A stretch of 64,000 bases of DNA from a virus: IMG/VR virus record IMGVR_UViG_3300012665_000925, positions 32,001-96,000 of that record; one strand, written 5' to 3'. The notes below the pieces were generated by a model, which saw only the letters and a list, made by a program, of their open reading frames with translations, made no database searches and was not told the DNA's origin. Shown here piece after piece: positions 1 to 9,216 of the stretch. A program made the position numbers and the translations under genes. Numbering within the stretch: position 1 is the stretch's first letter; each line of letters begins with the position of its first letter.

Positions 1-1
1 G

Positions 2-367
2 CCAGGCGACGGTACTCTGTCAGTTTCTGAGTCAGAAATCAACGGCTACCTTGCTAACAGCAACGTAACCATGGTTGGCTCACCTGACGCAACTGTATTC
101 GGTTCGCAGGGTGCTGGTGCTATGACTGCATTCCCATCAACCTTCGACTGGTTCCTATTCGCTGAAGGAACATTCTTGTTCCTAGACGGTGGAACTCTGG
201 ACCTTGGAATCATTCGTGACTCGACTCTTGTCGGCACAAACGACTACAAGATGTTCATCGAAACATTTGAAGGTGTTGCCAAGGTTGGTATTGAGTCGCT
301 AAAGATTACCTCGACATTCGTTGTCAAGGGAACTGCAGCTGCTCTAGTTACCGCTGTAGGTTACTAA
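2..367 (+). CDS. major capsid (hexamer) protein, C-terminal part (5' truncated)
   Basis: Frame is open from base 2. C-terminus FLFAEGTFLFLDGGTLDLGIIRDSTLVGTNDYKMFIETFEGVAKVGIES resembles actinophage major capsid hexamer proteins. Sits at the start of the virion operon. Confidence 0.75.
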   Translation, partial: PGDGTLSVSESEINGYLANSNVTMVGSPDATVFGSQGAGAMTAFPSTFDWFLFAEGTFLFLDGGTLDLGIIRDSTLVGTNDYKMFIETFEGVAKVGIESLKITSTFVVKGTAAALVTAVGY

Positions 368-380
368 ACCCGATTGTTGC

Positions 381-404
381 GGGGGGCCTGGAAACGGGCC
401 CCCC
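381..404 (+). terminator. GC-rich hairpin after capsid gene
   Basis: GGGGGGCCTG-GAAA-CGGGCCCCCC, a 10-bp stem with GNRA loop. No U-tract on the + strand. Confidence 0.55.
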
Positions 405-445
405 AATACAGCAAAAAAGATAAACTTTTAAACTAAGGATTTCAG

Positions 446-1321
446 ATGGCTTTCCCAAATAATGGCGTTGTAGAGGCACCACAGATTGTGCCCTCCGCTT
501 TTGGTCTACTTGCCGTAGTCAAGCCTGAAAACTCGACTGACGAGGGTCAATGGACTCGTGGATTTTCTCAGGAGTGGGAGACAACCCTATACTCGGCAAC
601 AAACTGGGACGACACTGACTCTACTAGCGGTGAAGTTGTAGCCGCTGGTGCACCTACTTACTACACCGAAATCAAACCATTCTTTATTGAAGCAGAAGAG
701 CTTCGCTCAGGTCTAGGATTCCTAGGATTAGACCGAATCGCTCGCCTAAAGCGTCAGCTAGAAGGCGTTACCCAGCACGCAATGGAAATCGAGCTATGGG
801 ATGGAGCTGTTCGTAAGGGCGAGAGCCATGGTAACAAAGCTCTTTCGGCTGCTTCTGCAACCATTCTTAACGGTGGAACTGCTCTTTCACCACGCCGCGC
901 ACTTGCTCTTCTAGAGCACTCTATCGGACTAGCGTCTGATGGCGGCGAGCAGGGAGTTATTCACGTAACTCGCGACGTTGCTGCTTTGTTCTCTAGCAAC
1001 TCGAACATGATTTTTCACGAAACTGAGAAAGACCACCTACAGACTATGGGCGGCACTCCAATTATCGTGGGGTCTGGCTACACAGGAACTGGACCTGATG
1101 GTGCAACTGGTGCAACTGCGTCAGCCACCAACAAATGGATTTACGCAACTGGCACCGTCCGCACTTACGTGGGCGATGTTGACGTCGTAAACGACAATCT
1201 AGCGCAAGCTTACGATGTGTCGGGAAATCAAAATGACATGAGATTGAAGGCAATTCGCCCAGCTGCGGTTTACTTCGATACATCCATCCACCTAGCTGTA
1301 CGCGTCGACTTGACTGCGTAA
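446..1321 (+). CDS. major capsid pentamer-like protein
   Basis: 291 aa directly after the capsid gene. N-terminal APQIVPSAFGLL...WTRG pattern recalls cluster-B-type pentamer proteins. Confidence 0.6.
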   Translation: MAFPNNGVVEAPQIVPSAFGLLAVVKPENSTDEGQWTRGFSQEWETTLYSATNWDDTDSTSGEVVAAGAPTYYTEIKPFFIEAEELRSGLGFLGLDRIARLKRQLEGVTQHAMEIELWDGAVRKGESHGNKALSAASATILNGGTALSPRRALALLEHSIGLASDGGEQGVIHVTRDVAALFSSNSNMIFHETEKDHLQTMGGTPIIVGSGYTGTGPDGATGATASATNKWIYATGTVRTYVGDVDVVNDNLAQAYDVSGNQNDMRLKAIRPAAVYFDTSIHLAVRVDLTA

Positions 1322-1353
1322 AGCATAAACAACAACCTAAGGAGAACAGCTAA

Positions 1354-2514
1354 ATGGCTACTCAAGAATATGCTGCTAGCATCCAGGGTGTGTCGATTCG
1401 TGTCACCCGCCTGGACGCCGCTGGCAATTTGCTAACTGGCCCAGGTGACAGCTACACCACCTCGGCCTTCATGCGTGTTTCATTCACCCCAGAATATGAA
1501 GAGGGCGATGAAATCACCGAAAAGGGCGCTAACGGTGTTATCTGCGTGTCTTACAAGGCACCTGACACACTAAAGCGCATCACAATGGAACTTGCTATTT
1601 GTGAGCCAGACCCAGAGCTTTCTGCTTTGATTTCTGGTGGTCTATTGCTTCGCAAGGACCTATCAAATGGTGGAGCTTCTAACACTCGTTCAATCGGTTG
1701 GGCTGCCCCAGGCGTAGGCGATGACCCAGCTGGTAACGGTGTTGCCATCGAAGCTTGGTCACACGCTGTATCAGGCGGTAAGCGTGCTTCGGTACTTCCT
1801 TACTTCCACTGGGTATTCCCATTCGTCAAGATGCGTCAATCAGGTGACCGCGTTATCGAAAACGGTCTGATGGCTAACACTTTCGAAGGCTACGGTCTTG
1901 GAAATGCTGCTTTCGGTTCAGGTATCGATGGCCGCTGGGAGTTCCCAGTTGCTGCAGAGCGTCCATACGCTTACGCACGCACCTCATGGGCTCCAACAGG
2001 TCTATCAGGCTTCTACACCTGGTCTGACAACGCCACTGACCAGGTTGTCTTCTCGGCATCAGGTACTGGCACCAAGAACGCTACCACAGTTAAGATTGCT
2101 TCGGTTGCTGCAAGCAACGCTGCTATCGCTAACAACGTAACAGTAGTGTTCGACGCTGACCCTAAGCTAGCTATTGGTGACAAGATTAAGGTTACTGGCA
2201 TCGGTTCTCCATTCGATGGAACTGTTGACGTAGTTTACGCTAACACCACCGCTGCTACCTACACATCGCCTGTTGCTAACTCGGCATTCGACACTATTGC
2301 TACCAACACCGCTTTGGTAACCAACAGCATCGCTCGCATCCAGGTAATCAACTCGGTAACCGAGGTTCGTGTCGTAGCTAACGCTGTAACGTCGCTACTC
2401 CCAGTAACAACTGGTGAAGCATTCAACGTTCCTGGCAGCTTGACCTACAACGCTGACAACGCTATCGACAACATCATCACAGCTAACGAAACTGGCACAA
2501 CTTCAGCCAACTAA
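1354..2514 (+). CDS. major tail (tube) protein with C-terminal accessory domain
   Basis: IRVTRLDAAG, EYEEGDEITEKGANG-C and YFHWVFP motifs. RBS TAAGGAG. Followed by a hairpin. Ala/Thr/Val-rich C-terminal extension. Confidence 0.8.
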   Translation: MATQEYAASIQGVSIRVTRLDAAGNLLTGPGDSYTTSAFMRVSFTPEYEEGDEITEKGANGVICVSYKAPDTLKRITMELAICEPDPELSALISGGLLLRKDLSNGGASNTRSIGWAAPGVGDDPAGNGVAIEAWSHAVSGGKRASVLPYFHWVFPFVKMRQSGDRVIENGLMANTFEGYGLGNAAFGSGIDGRWEFPVAAERPYAYARTSWAPTGLSGFYTWSDNATDQVVFSASGTGTKNATTVKIASVAASNAAIANNVTVVFDADPKLAIGDKIKVTGIGSPFDGTVDVVYANTTAATYTSPVANSAFDTIATNTALVTNSIARIQVINSVTEVRVVANAVTSLLPVTTGEAFNVPGSLTYNADNAIDNIITANETGTTSAN

Positions 2515-2529
2515 TTAGATAACTGAGTA

Positions 2530-2562
2530 GGGCGGTGCATCCTGTAATCGGATGTGCCGCCC
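2530..2562 (+). terminator. hairpin after major tail gene
   Basis: GGGCGGTGCATCC-TGTAATC-GGATGTGCCGCCC inverted repeat. Confidence 0.6.
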
Positions 2563-2591
2563 GCTTGGTTTAGCTACTACGAAGGATTATC

Positions 2592-3698
2592 ATGGCAAAC
2601 AATCTCTGGGTACAGCCTTCAGAGCTAGGACCATACGCTCGTACAGAGTTCGCTACAGAGGCGTGTGAAACTGCCTCGTTCCTTCTTTGGGCCATGTCTG
2701 GTCGTAAGTACACTGGCACAACCATTGTTACTGAACGCTACACCTGCGTCCTTCGCAACAACCGCATGGGTCCGTCTACTAAGACGAACTCACCAGTTCT
2801 GTTCGGTGGAGATGTCTATAACATCCCATCGGGTGACTACGACGAATACTCGGAGCTCACAGCAGACGGCCTCTCTCCCGATGCCCGAATTCGACTTCGC
2901 GGTCGCCCAGTTAGTAAAGTTATTGCTTTGCGTAACAAAATGGGTGAGCTAATTGACCCTAGCAAATACTACCTAGTAGACCACTCGACTATCCACGTTG
3001 CTGCTGGAACTGCCTGGACACCTTGTAATACAGAAATCACCTATGAGTATGGAACCCCTGTCCCAGTTGCGGGTCGCATGGCTGCTCGCACTATGGCTCT
3101 AGAGTTTGCAAAACTATGGGCTGGTGACGATGACTGTGCGTTACCTCAGCGTGTTACTTCTGTTTCACGTCAGGGTATCTCTTACACAATCTTGGATAAC
3201 CAGGAGTTCATCGAAGAACTTCGTACTGGTCTGTACGCAGTTGACTTGTTCCTTAAGACAGTCAACCCAGACAACGCTCGCAGAAAAGCTAAGGTATTTA
3301 CTCCTGATGTTCCTCGCGCTCGTCGTTACACAGCGAAGCCGCTCTACCTAACTGCTGATGCTGACTATGACGTTACCCTAGTCCGAAACACTGCTGGTAC
3401 GTGGGATGCTCCTGCCGAGGTCGACCTGACTGCACTAGTCAATAACACTGGGTGGTCTCCTCAGGTGAAACTCCGTAACTATGGAGCCACCACGACAATC
3501 GACCTAGACTCTAGCTCCATCGACCTAAACATCATAGACGAAACTATTAGTGTCACCTTCCCGTATGACAAGGTCTTCAAAGCTATCGGTATGGTTGACC
3601 CTGGTACTTGGACACTTTACGCAACTAAAACTATTGCTGGCGTAGAGAATGTGACTGAGCTTGCTACTGGCAATCTTAAAGTCGAAATGTATGGTTAG
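2592..3698 (+). CDS. head-to-tail adaptor with C-terminal extension
   Basis: ASFLLWAMSGRKY, CALPQRVTSVSRQGISY and TGLYAVDLFL motifs typical of actinophage adaptors. Confidence 0.7.
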   Translation: MANNLWVQPSELGPYARTEFATEACETASFLLWAMSGRKYTGTTIVTERYTCVLRNNRMGPSTKTNSPVLFGGDVYNIPSGDYDEYSELTADGLSPDARIRLRGRPVSKVIALRNKMGELIDPSKYYLVDHSTIHVAAGTAWTPCNTEITYEYGTPVPVAGRMAARTMALEFAKLWAGDDDCALPQRVTSVSRQGISYTILDNQEFIEELRTGLYAVDLFLKTVNPDNARRKAKVFTPDVPRARRYTAKPLYLTADADYDVTLVRNTAGTWDAPAEVDLTALVNNTGWSPQVKLRNYGATTTIDLDSSSIDLNIIDETISVTFPYDKVFKAIGMVDPGTWTLYATKTIAGVENVTELATGNLKVEMYG

Positions 3699-3706
3699 GA
3701 GAGACC

Positions 3707-4210
3707 ATGGTTTATTTTGATATCAGCGGTGTAGACAGCGAAGCCCTACGCTTAAAAGATATGATGGACGGCGTTCTTGAACGCTTAGAGTCCGTCTACC
3801 AGTCCTACAATGTTCCGCTACCTAATCGTCGCTACTGGATGATTGGTGAGCCAGCTTACGACTGCGAGCAAGTTGTTATCGCATTTGACAGTCTTTACCT
3901 AGGCCCTCCAGGAGACGAGGTTGCTCAGCCTAATCGCTGCAACGTTCCTCGCAGTGCGACTTTTCGTATTCTAGTTTCCCGAGAAGTTTCGATTGTTGGC
4001 GTGAACGGACGTCCACCTTCAGGCGATAAGATTCAACAGACTTCTGCACTTCCAACTATCGATGCTTGGATTCTTATGGAGTCTATTCGTGAGTTCGACA
4101 TGTGGGACGAGACTGGTTACGGTCTGGGTGTTGTTGCTTCACTTGAAATTGCAGGTCCAGAGGGTGGCTTCAATACTACTGGTCTGCGCGTAACAATGGC
4201 GGTCCCATAA
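3707..4210 (+). CDS. putative tail terminator / head-tail joining protein
   Basis: 167 aa, RBS AGGAGAG, position between adaptor and tail chaperone. Confidence 0.5.
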   Translation: MVYFDISGVDSEALRLKDMMDGVLERLESVYQSYNVPLPNRRYWMIGEPAYDCEQVVIAFDSLYLGPPGDEVAQPNRCNVPRSATFRILVSREVSIVGVNGRPPSGDKIQQTSALPTIDAWILMESIREFDMWDETGYGLGVVASLEIAGPEGGFNTTGLRVTMAVP

Positions 4211-4641
4211 TGCTGCGCTTTAAGTCAAATCGTGTGCATTTTTACAACACGACTTTGCACAACTTTTTGAACACAAACCGTTCTAGAGACCCTATTACGC
4301 TTTGGTCTGAGATTGAGCGGTCTCTTAACCGAGGCGTGCTTAGGGCTAAAGGCGAGGTTGGCGTAAAAACTGGAAGACTTAAAAACAGTATTTTCTCCTA
4401 CCACCTAGGTCACGCTAAGGGTCAGGTTTACGGTATTCGTGCTACCAGACCATACGCTACTATTCACCATGAGGGTTCTCGTGCACACAAGATGGAGATT
4501 ATCCGTCCTAGTGGTAAGTCTCGTGTCCTAGTCTCTAGAACGGTCATGCACCCTGGGACTAAGCCAAACCCATTCCTTAGTAATCAACTAGAAACTATCT
4601 GCCGAGTTGGACGTGGTCCTCACAAGACCTGGAACGAATAA
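4210..4641 (+). CDS. HK97 gp10-like virion morphogenesis protein
   Basis: VKTGRLKNSI, YATIHHEG and HPGTKPNPFL motifs. Basic protein. Confidence 0.65.
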   Translation: MLRFKSNRVHFYNTTLHNFLNTNRSRDPITLWSEIERSLNRGVLRAKGEVGVKTGRLKNSIFSYHLGHAKGQVYGIRATRPYATIHHEGSRAHKMEIIRPSGKSRVLVSRTVMHPGTKPNPFLSNQLETICRVGRGPHKTWNE

Positions 4642-4725
4642 TAGCCATTCCTAGGCCATAGTACAATAGACGTAGGCGTAATAAGCGCCTTTCTATGATG
4701 ACTACAAAAGAAAGATATCACTAAG

Positions 4726-5067
4726 ATGGCAAGATTTAAAGATTTTGGTAAGGGTAAAGAAGACAACACTATTTCTTCAGACCCAATCAAGTTTGCACTA
4801 CACGGTCAGGAATTCGACTGCCACCCACGACTACAGGGTAAGACCCTACTACAGTTCGTTGAACTAGCTAACTCTGAAGACGCTGGCTCATCAGCTAAGG
4901 TTACTCGCGTTTTCTTTGAGAAAGTAATGGACGCTGAGAACTACAAGCGTTTCGATGCACTTCTTGAGCACCCAGACACAATCGTGACCGTTGAGTCACT
5001 TGGAGAAATCATTGGCTGGCTAATCGAGGAGTACAGCGGCCGCCCAAATCAGCAGCCAGAGGCTTAA
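4726..5067 (+). CDS. tail assembly chaperone (gpG-like)
   Basis: 113 aa, two genes upstream of the tape measure. Ends near slippery site CCCAAAT. Confidence 0.75.
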   Translation: MARFKDFGKGKEDNTISSDPIKFALHGQEFDCHPRLQGKTLLQFVELANSEDAGSSAKVTRVFFEKVMDAENYKRFDALLEHPDTIVTVESLGEIIGWLIEEYSGRPNQQPEA

Positions 5068-5462
5068 CGCTCTGGGCGGTTGACCTCTGGCCGTATGTAA
5101 ATGGTAAAGCACTAGTGAATGGATTGAAACTTGAAGAGATGGAACTCTCTGACATGCTTGATGTCATCCACTATTTCTATGAAGATGACCTCAACTATGC
5201 TTCAGTCGAAGCATCTCAGATGGCAAACGCTAGGCGCATTACCGTTTTCAAGCAACTCTATGGAGTCGAATACAAGTACGCAACCGAAGACGCGAAGAAC
5301 AAGACTGCCACTAGTGGCAATAGTAACTTCGACTTCGACTTGGATGACCCTGTTCCTTTCGACCCAACTAACGCACCTCAGAAACCTTTCATTCCAGCAA
5401 CTGAAATTGATGCTAACTCATTTACACCGTTCGGTGACGTCCTTGACGCCCCCATTAACTAG
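5043..5462 (+). CDS. tail assembly chaperone frameshift extension (gpGT-like, -1 frame)
   Basis: The -1 frame is open from C CCA AAT (5043-5049) through SAARGLTLWAVDLWPYVNGKAL into the 5115-5462 ORF. Confidence 0.7.
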   Translation, partial: PKSAARGLTLWAVDLWPYVNGKALVNGLKLEEMELSDMLDVIHYFYEDDLNYASVEASQMANARRITVFKQLYGVEYKYATEDAKNKTATSGNSNFDFDLDDPVPFDPTNAPQKPFIPATEIDANSFTPFGDVLDAPIN

Positions 5463-5484
5463 AAGCTAGCGAGGAGGTGAGAAT

Positions 5485-8400
5485 ATGGCACTCGTAGGTG
5501 AAGCAAGAATTAAGGTTGTTGCTGATACAAGCAAAGTCCGTGAAGAAATTCAAAAGGCTTTTGGCAACATGGAGAAGGACGCTGATAAAGCTGGAAACAG
5601 CGTATCTAAATCTTTCAACAGAGGCATGTCAAATGGCATGGGTAATGGAAACGCTTTTAAGAAATTTACTAGCGAATCCAAACAACTATCGAGTCAGTTC
5701 CACAAAGCAATCCGTAGCAGCTATAAGTGGCAAGCAGCAACAGGAGCTTTGCTACAAAGCATAATGGCGCTCGGTGGCGGTCTTCTCGCTCTCGTTGGTA
5801 ACATAGCTGGTGCCGCTTCGGCTGGTATCGCGCTTGTTGGTGTTATGGCTCAGATTAAAGTTGCCAGCATGGTTGCCAAATCTGCCTTCAAGGGTGTTAT
5901 GGAGGCAGTCAAGAAAGACTCCAAAGGCGCTGGCGAAGCTGGTAAGACAATCAAAGAGCTGCGCGAAGAGATGCAGCAACTTGCATTCGCCGCAGAAGAG
6001 GCTGCTCTTGGTGAAGAAGCAGCGTCCATCAAACTTGAAAAAGCTCGTGAATCTCTGGCTCGTGTTCAAAACCTTCCGCCAGACAACCGTGCCCGACGTG
6101 AAGCGGAGCTAGCCTATAAAGAGGCTGAACTTGGCTATCGTAAAGCTAAAGACAAAAACGCTGACGCCGAAGATGCAATCATCAATCCTAAAAAGAAAAA
6201 GGGTTCGATTGGCGATGACCCTTATAAGGACTTGACCAAGAGTCAAAAAGAGTTTGCAATATACCTAAAGAGCGTAATGCCTGAGTTTAAGAAGCTCAAC
6301 GAGGCGGCAGCTAGTGGCTTCCTTCCAGAAGTAAAAAAGGGAATGCAAGAAATGTTTAAGGGCGGTCTATTTGACCGCCTTGTAAAGGGCTTTGAAGATG
6401 TCGGTAAGGGTCTAGGTAAGGCGACTAAAAACTTCGCTGGGACAATGTTCGACCCTCAGAACCAGAACAACCTCTCTACGTTCTTCAAGAACACTGCCAC
6501 GACTACAGGAACTCTCGGTACAGTCCTAGGAAAAGCATTCTCTGGCTTCCTTACGCTGATGACTGCAATCAATCCGCTTATTACTAGGTTCACCAGCTTC
6601 CTAGAGATGAAAGCAACTGGATTCTCTAAAAACATGCAGGGCGACTTTGCCAATGTTCAGGCGTTTTTTAAGCAAGCTGGAGATGCAGCCGCTGGATGGG
6701 GTACAATCCTAGGACGTATCTTTGATAAGTTCAAAGGCATGATTAAGGCTAACGTCGGTCCTGGTACTGGCGGTCAGCTTCTTCTAGACTACTTCAAGCA
6801 AGGTACTGACGGATTCCGTGGGCTAGACGGTGCTGCTGGAGAGTTTGCTCGAAAGAACCACTTCCTAGCATCTGCTACCAACCTAAAAGCTATGCTTGAG
6901 AGCGTTAGCAAAATATTTGGCTTTATGTCTGACCTAGGTACTGACCCTGCTGTTGCTAGTTTCTGGGGTATTCTATCTGAGCTAGAGGGGCCGCTCAGCC
7001 ATATATTTGAATCTATTACTGGCTCTTCCGATGAGTTAGCTAAGCTACTAGTTACGGTAGTTGAGATTGTTGCATCGTTCACTGATGCTGGTCAGTTGAA
7101 TGCATACATGGGAATTTTAAGCAATATTTTTGGTATCCTCGGTGGAATTGTTAGGACGCTTTCTCCTGTCTTAGCCTTCTTTGGACCAGCTGTAGGTGCT
7201 ATCGGTGCGCTGGTGACTACTATGCTCCTTCTGAAGAAGGTCACCATGCTCGTGACTGGTACCACTATGGTGCTTGGTAAAGGCATCGGCTGGGTTACCA
7301 GAATGACTCAGGGATTGATTCTTGCCAACAAGACTCACCTGGCTCAGGAAACCCTGAGCATGCGAATTAAGCGAGCCCTGATTATGCTAACTACCGCTGA
7401 GGGTAGAGCAAAGATGATGGCATCTCTTAAAGTAATCTTCTCTGCTGGTGCTAGCCAAAAAGCAGCTCAGGCTGATGCTCAGGCTGCGATAGCTAAGGCT
7501 GCTGCTACAGGAGCTACTGTTGCTCAGTCGGTAGTAACTACCGCTGCTATCGGCCCTACTATGGCCTTGTCTGCTGCCATCAACTCAGCTATCTGGCCTC
7601 TAACTCTTATTGTTGCCGCTATTGCTCTAGTTGTGGTGGGTATCATCGCCCTTGTAGGCTGGCTAAACCAGATTAAAGCTGACCAGGTTAAAAAAGCTGG
7701 TAAGGAAATTGACTCTCAGTTTACAGCAACTAAGGGCAAAATCATTGGTGCCGCCGAAGCTCAGGATATGTGGAGTGCTTCGCTTCTCTCTATGCGTGAT
7801 GACCAAAAAACTGGAATCAAAAGCATCAAAGAGATGGGTAAGGCTCTAAACGAACAGGGAATTTATGTACAAGGCTATGGAACTGTACAGTCAGAAGCCC
7901 ATAAGAACGCTAAAGAAGCCCTAGATGTGTATATGAGCAGCTTAGCTAAACTTGCAAAGAAGAACTTGCCAGAGGCTCAACGCCAGTTCCGCAACATGAT
8001 TGTATCTAGCGGAATGAACAAGCAAGCTACCATGGATTCCATTGTTGCAAACAAGGACATGGTTAAGTCTCTGGAGAAGCAAGCCAAGGCAATGGGTGAC
8101 ACCATTATGAATGCCGACGGTACAGTGAATGCTCTGAAGGCGCTCGACTATGCTATTGGCGAAGGCTCTTATGTTCGCCAGAAAGCTATTCTAGAGCAAA
8201 GAAAGTTTGCCGAAACCTTTAAGAATGCTGCTTCTACATTTATTGATAGCAATGAAGCTATGCAAAATGCTACCACTGATGGCAAGCTTGACCTTAAGAA
8301 GTATGTCAAAGAGCTAAAGAACCAGGGAGGGGAGCTCACTAGCTGGAGAGCTAACATCACCAAGCTGAATGGTCTCTTCACAGATAAAAAGGTTCTTCAG

Positions 8401-9216
8401 GGAATCATTGCTCAGGGGTCTGCTGGTGCAGGACTTGTGCAGGCACTTGCCAGTGGCGGTCAAAAGGCCGTCACTGAGTATCAAAATGCTCAGAAGGAAA
8501 TCCTCAAAGCTAAGCAGGATGCTGACACTTTCACTAGAGCGTACAGCAGCACCGAAGCCGCCTCTAACGCTCTAAAAAACAGCATGAAGGGGGCTGGCAG
8601 CATGATGGCTAGGACTATGGAACGTTTTGCTGACGATGCCGCATCAGGTATGGGAACATTTGAACTTGCTGCTAAATATAATATCAGCGAGAAAGCCCTC
8701 ATAGCTGAGCAGAAGAGACTGGATGCTGGTGGCGACCTAGCTAAGAACGTGAACCTAACTGCCCAATGGGACAAGCCAAGCCTACAGGCGATGCAAAAGG
8801 AACTAGCTGAGAAAATGGGCACAATAACGCTTACAGCTGTGCCTGGACCAGCTAAAGGTAATGCTAATGGAGGCGTTATCACTCGTGCTCTTGGTGGCAT
8901 CGTCGGTACAGTTCGGGACATTTCTAAGTTTGCAGACGGCTATGGACCTAGCTACAACGGCCGCGTAACTGGCCCTGGAACTGCTCGCTCTGACCAGATT
9001 CCTGCAATGATTTCTAACGGCGAGTTTGTTATGAACGCCCGCGCTACCGCTGCCAACCTAGACCTACTAAATGCCATGAACAGCAATAAGGGTGTCTCTG
9101 CTGGAAACCAGATTGCTATTACAGTAAATGCAGCCCCAGGTATGGACGAGCAGCAAGTTGCCGCTCAGGTTGCCCGTCAGCTCGATGCTCAGCTATCTAA
9201 GGGTGGTGCTCTATAA
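5485..9216 (+). CDS. tape measure protein
   Basis: 1243 aa, Ala/Gly/Lys-rich and helical with hydrophobic stretches. VGEARIKV N-terminus. C-terminal GPGTARSDQIPAMISNGEFV motif. RBS GGAGGTG. Confidence 0.92.
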   Translation: MALVGEARIKVVADTSKVREEIQKAFGNMEKDADKAGNSVSKSFNRGMSNGMGNGNAFKKFTSESKQLSSQFHKAIRSSYKWQAATGALLQSIMALGGGLLALVGNIAGAASAGIALVGVMAQIKVASMVAKSAFKGVMEAVKKDSKGAGEAGKTIKELREEMQQLAFAAEEAALGEEAASIKLEKARESLARVQNLPPDNRARREAELAYKEAELGYRKAKDKNADAEDAIINPKKKKGSIGDDPYKDLTKSQKEFAIYLKSVMPEFKKLNEAAASGFLPEVKKGMQEMFKGGLFDRLVKGFEDVGKGLGKATKNFAGTMFDPQNQNNLSTFFKNTATTTGTLGTVLGKAFSGFLTLMTAINPLITRFTSFLEMKATGFSKNMQGDFANVQAFFKQAGDAAAGWGTILGRIFDKFKGMIKANVGPGTGGQLLLDYFKQGTDGFRGLDGAAGEFARKNHFLASATNLKAMLESVSKIFGFMSDLGTDPAVASFWGILSELEGPLSHIFESITGSSDELAKLLVTVVEIVASFTDAGQLNAYMGILSNIFGILGGIVRTLSPVLAFFGPAVGAIGALVTTMLLLKKVTMLVTGTTMVLGKGIGWVTRMTQGLILANKTHLAQETLSMRIKRALIMLTTAEGRAKMMASLKVIFSAGASQKAAQADAQAAIAKAAATGATVAQSVVTTAAIGPTMALSAAINSAIWPLTLIVAAIALVVVGIIALVGWLNQIKADQVKKAGKEIDSQFTATKGKIIGAAEAQDMWSASLLSMRDDQKTGIKSIKEMGKALNEQGIYVQGYGTVQSEAHKNAKEALDVYMSSLAKLAKKNLPEAQRQFRNMIVSSGMNKQATMDSIVANKDMVKSLEKQAKAMGDTIMNADGTVNALKALDYAIGEGSYVRQKAILEQRKFAETFKNAASTFIDSNEAMQNATTDGKLDLKKYVKELKNQGGELTSWRANITKLNGLFTDKKVLQGIIAQGSAGAGLVQALASGGQKAVTEYQNAQKEILKAKQDADTFTRAYSSTEAASNALKNSMKGAGSMMARTMERFADDAASGMGTFELAAKYNISEKALIAEQKRLDAGGDLAKNVNLTAQWDKPSLQAMQKELAEKMGTITLTAVPGPAKGNANGGVITRALGGIVGTVRDISKFADGYGPSYNGRVTGPGTARSDQIPAMISNGEFVMNARATAANLDLLNAMNSNKGVSAGNQIAITVNAAPGMDEQQVAAQVARQLDAQLSKGGAL

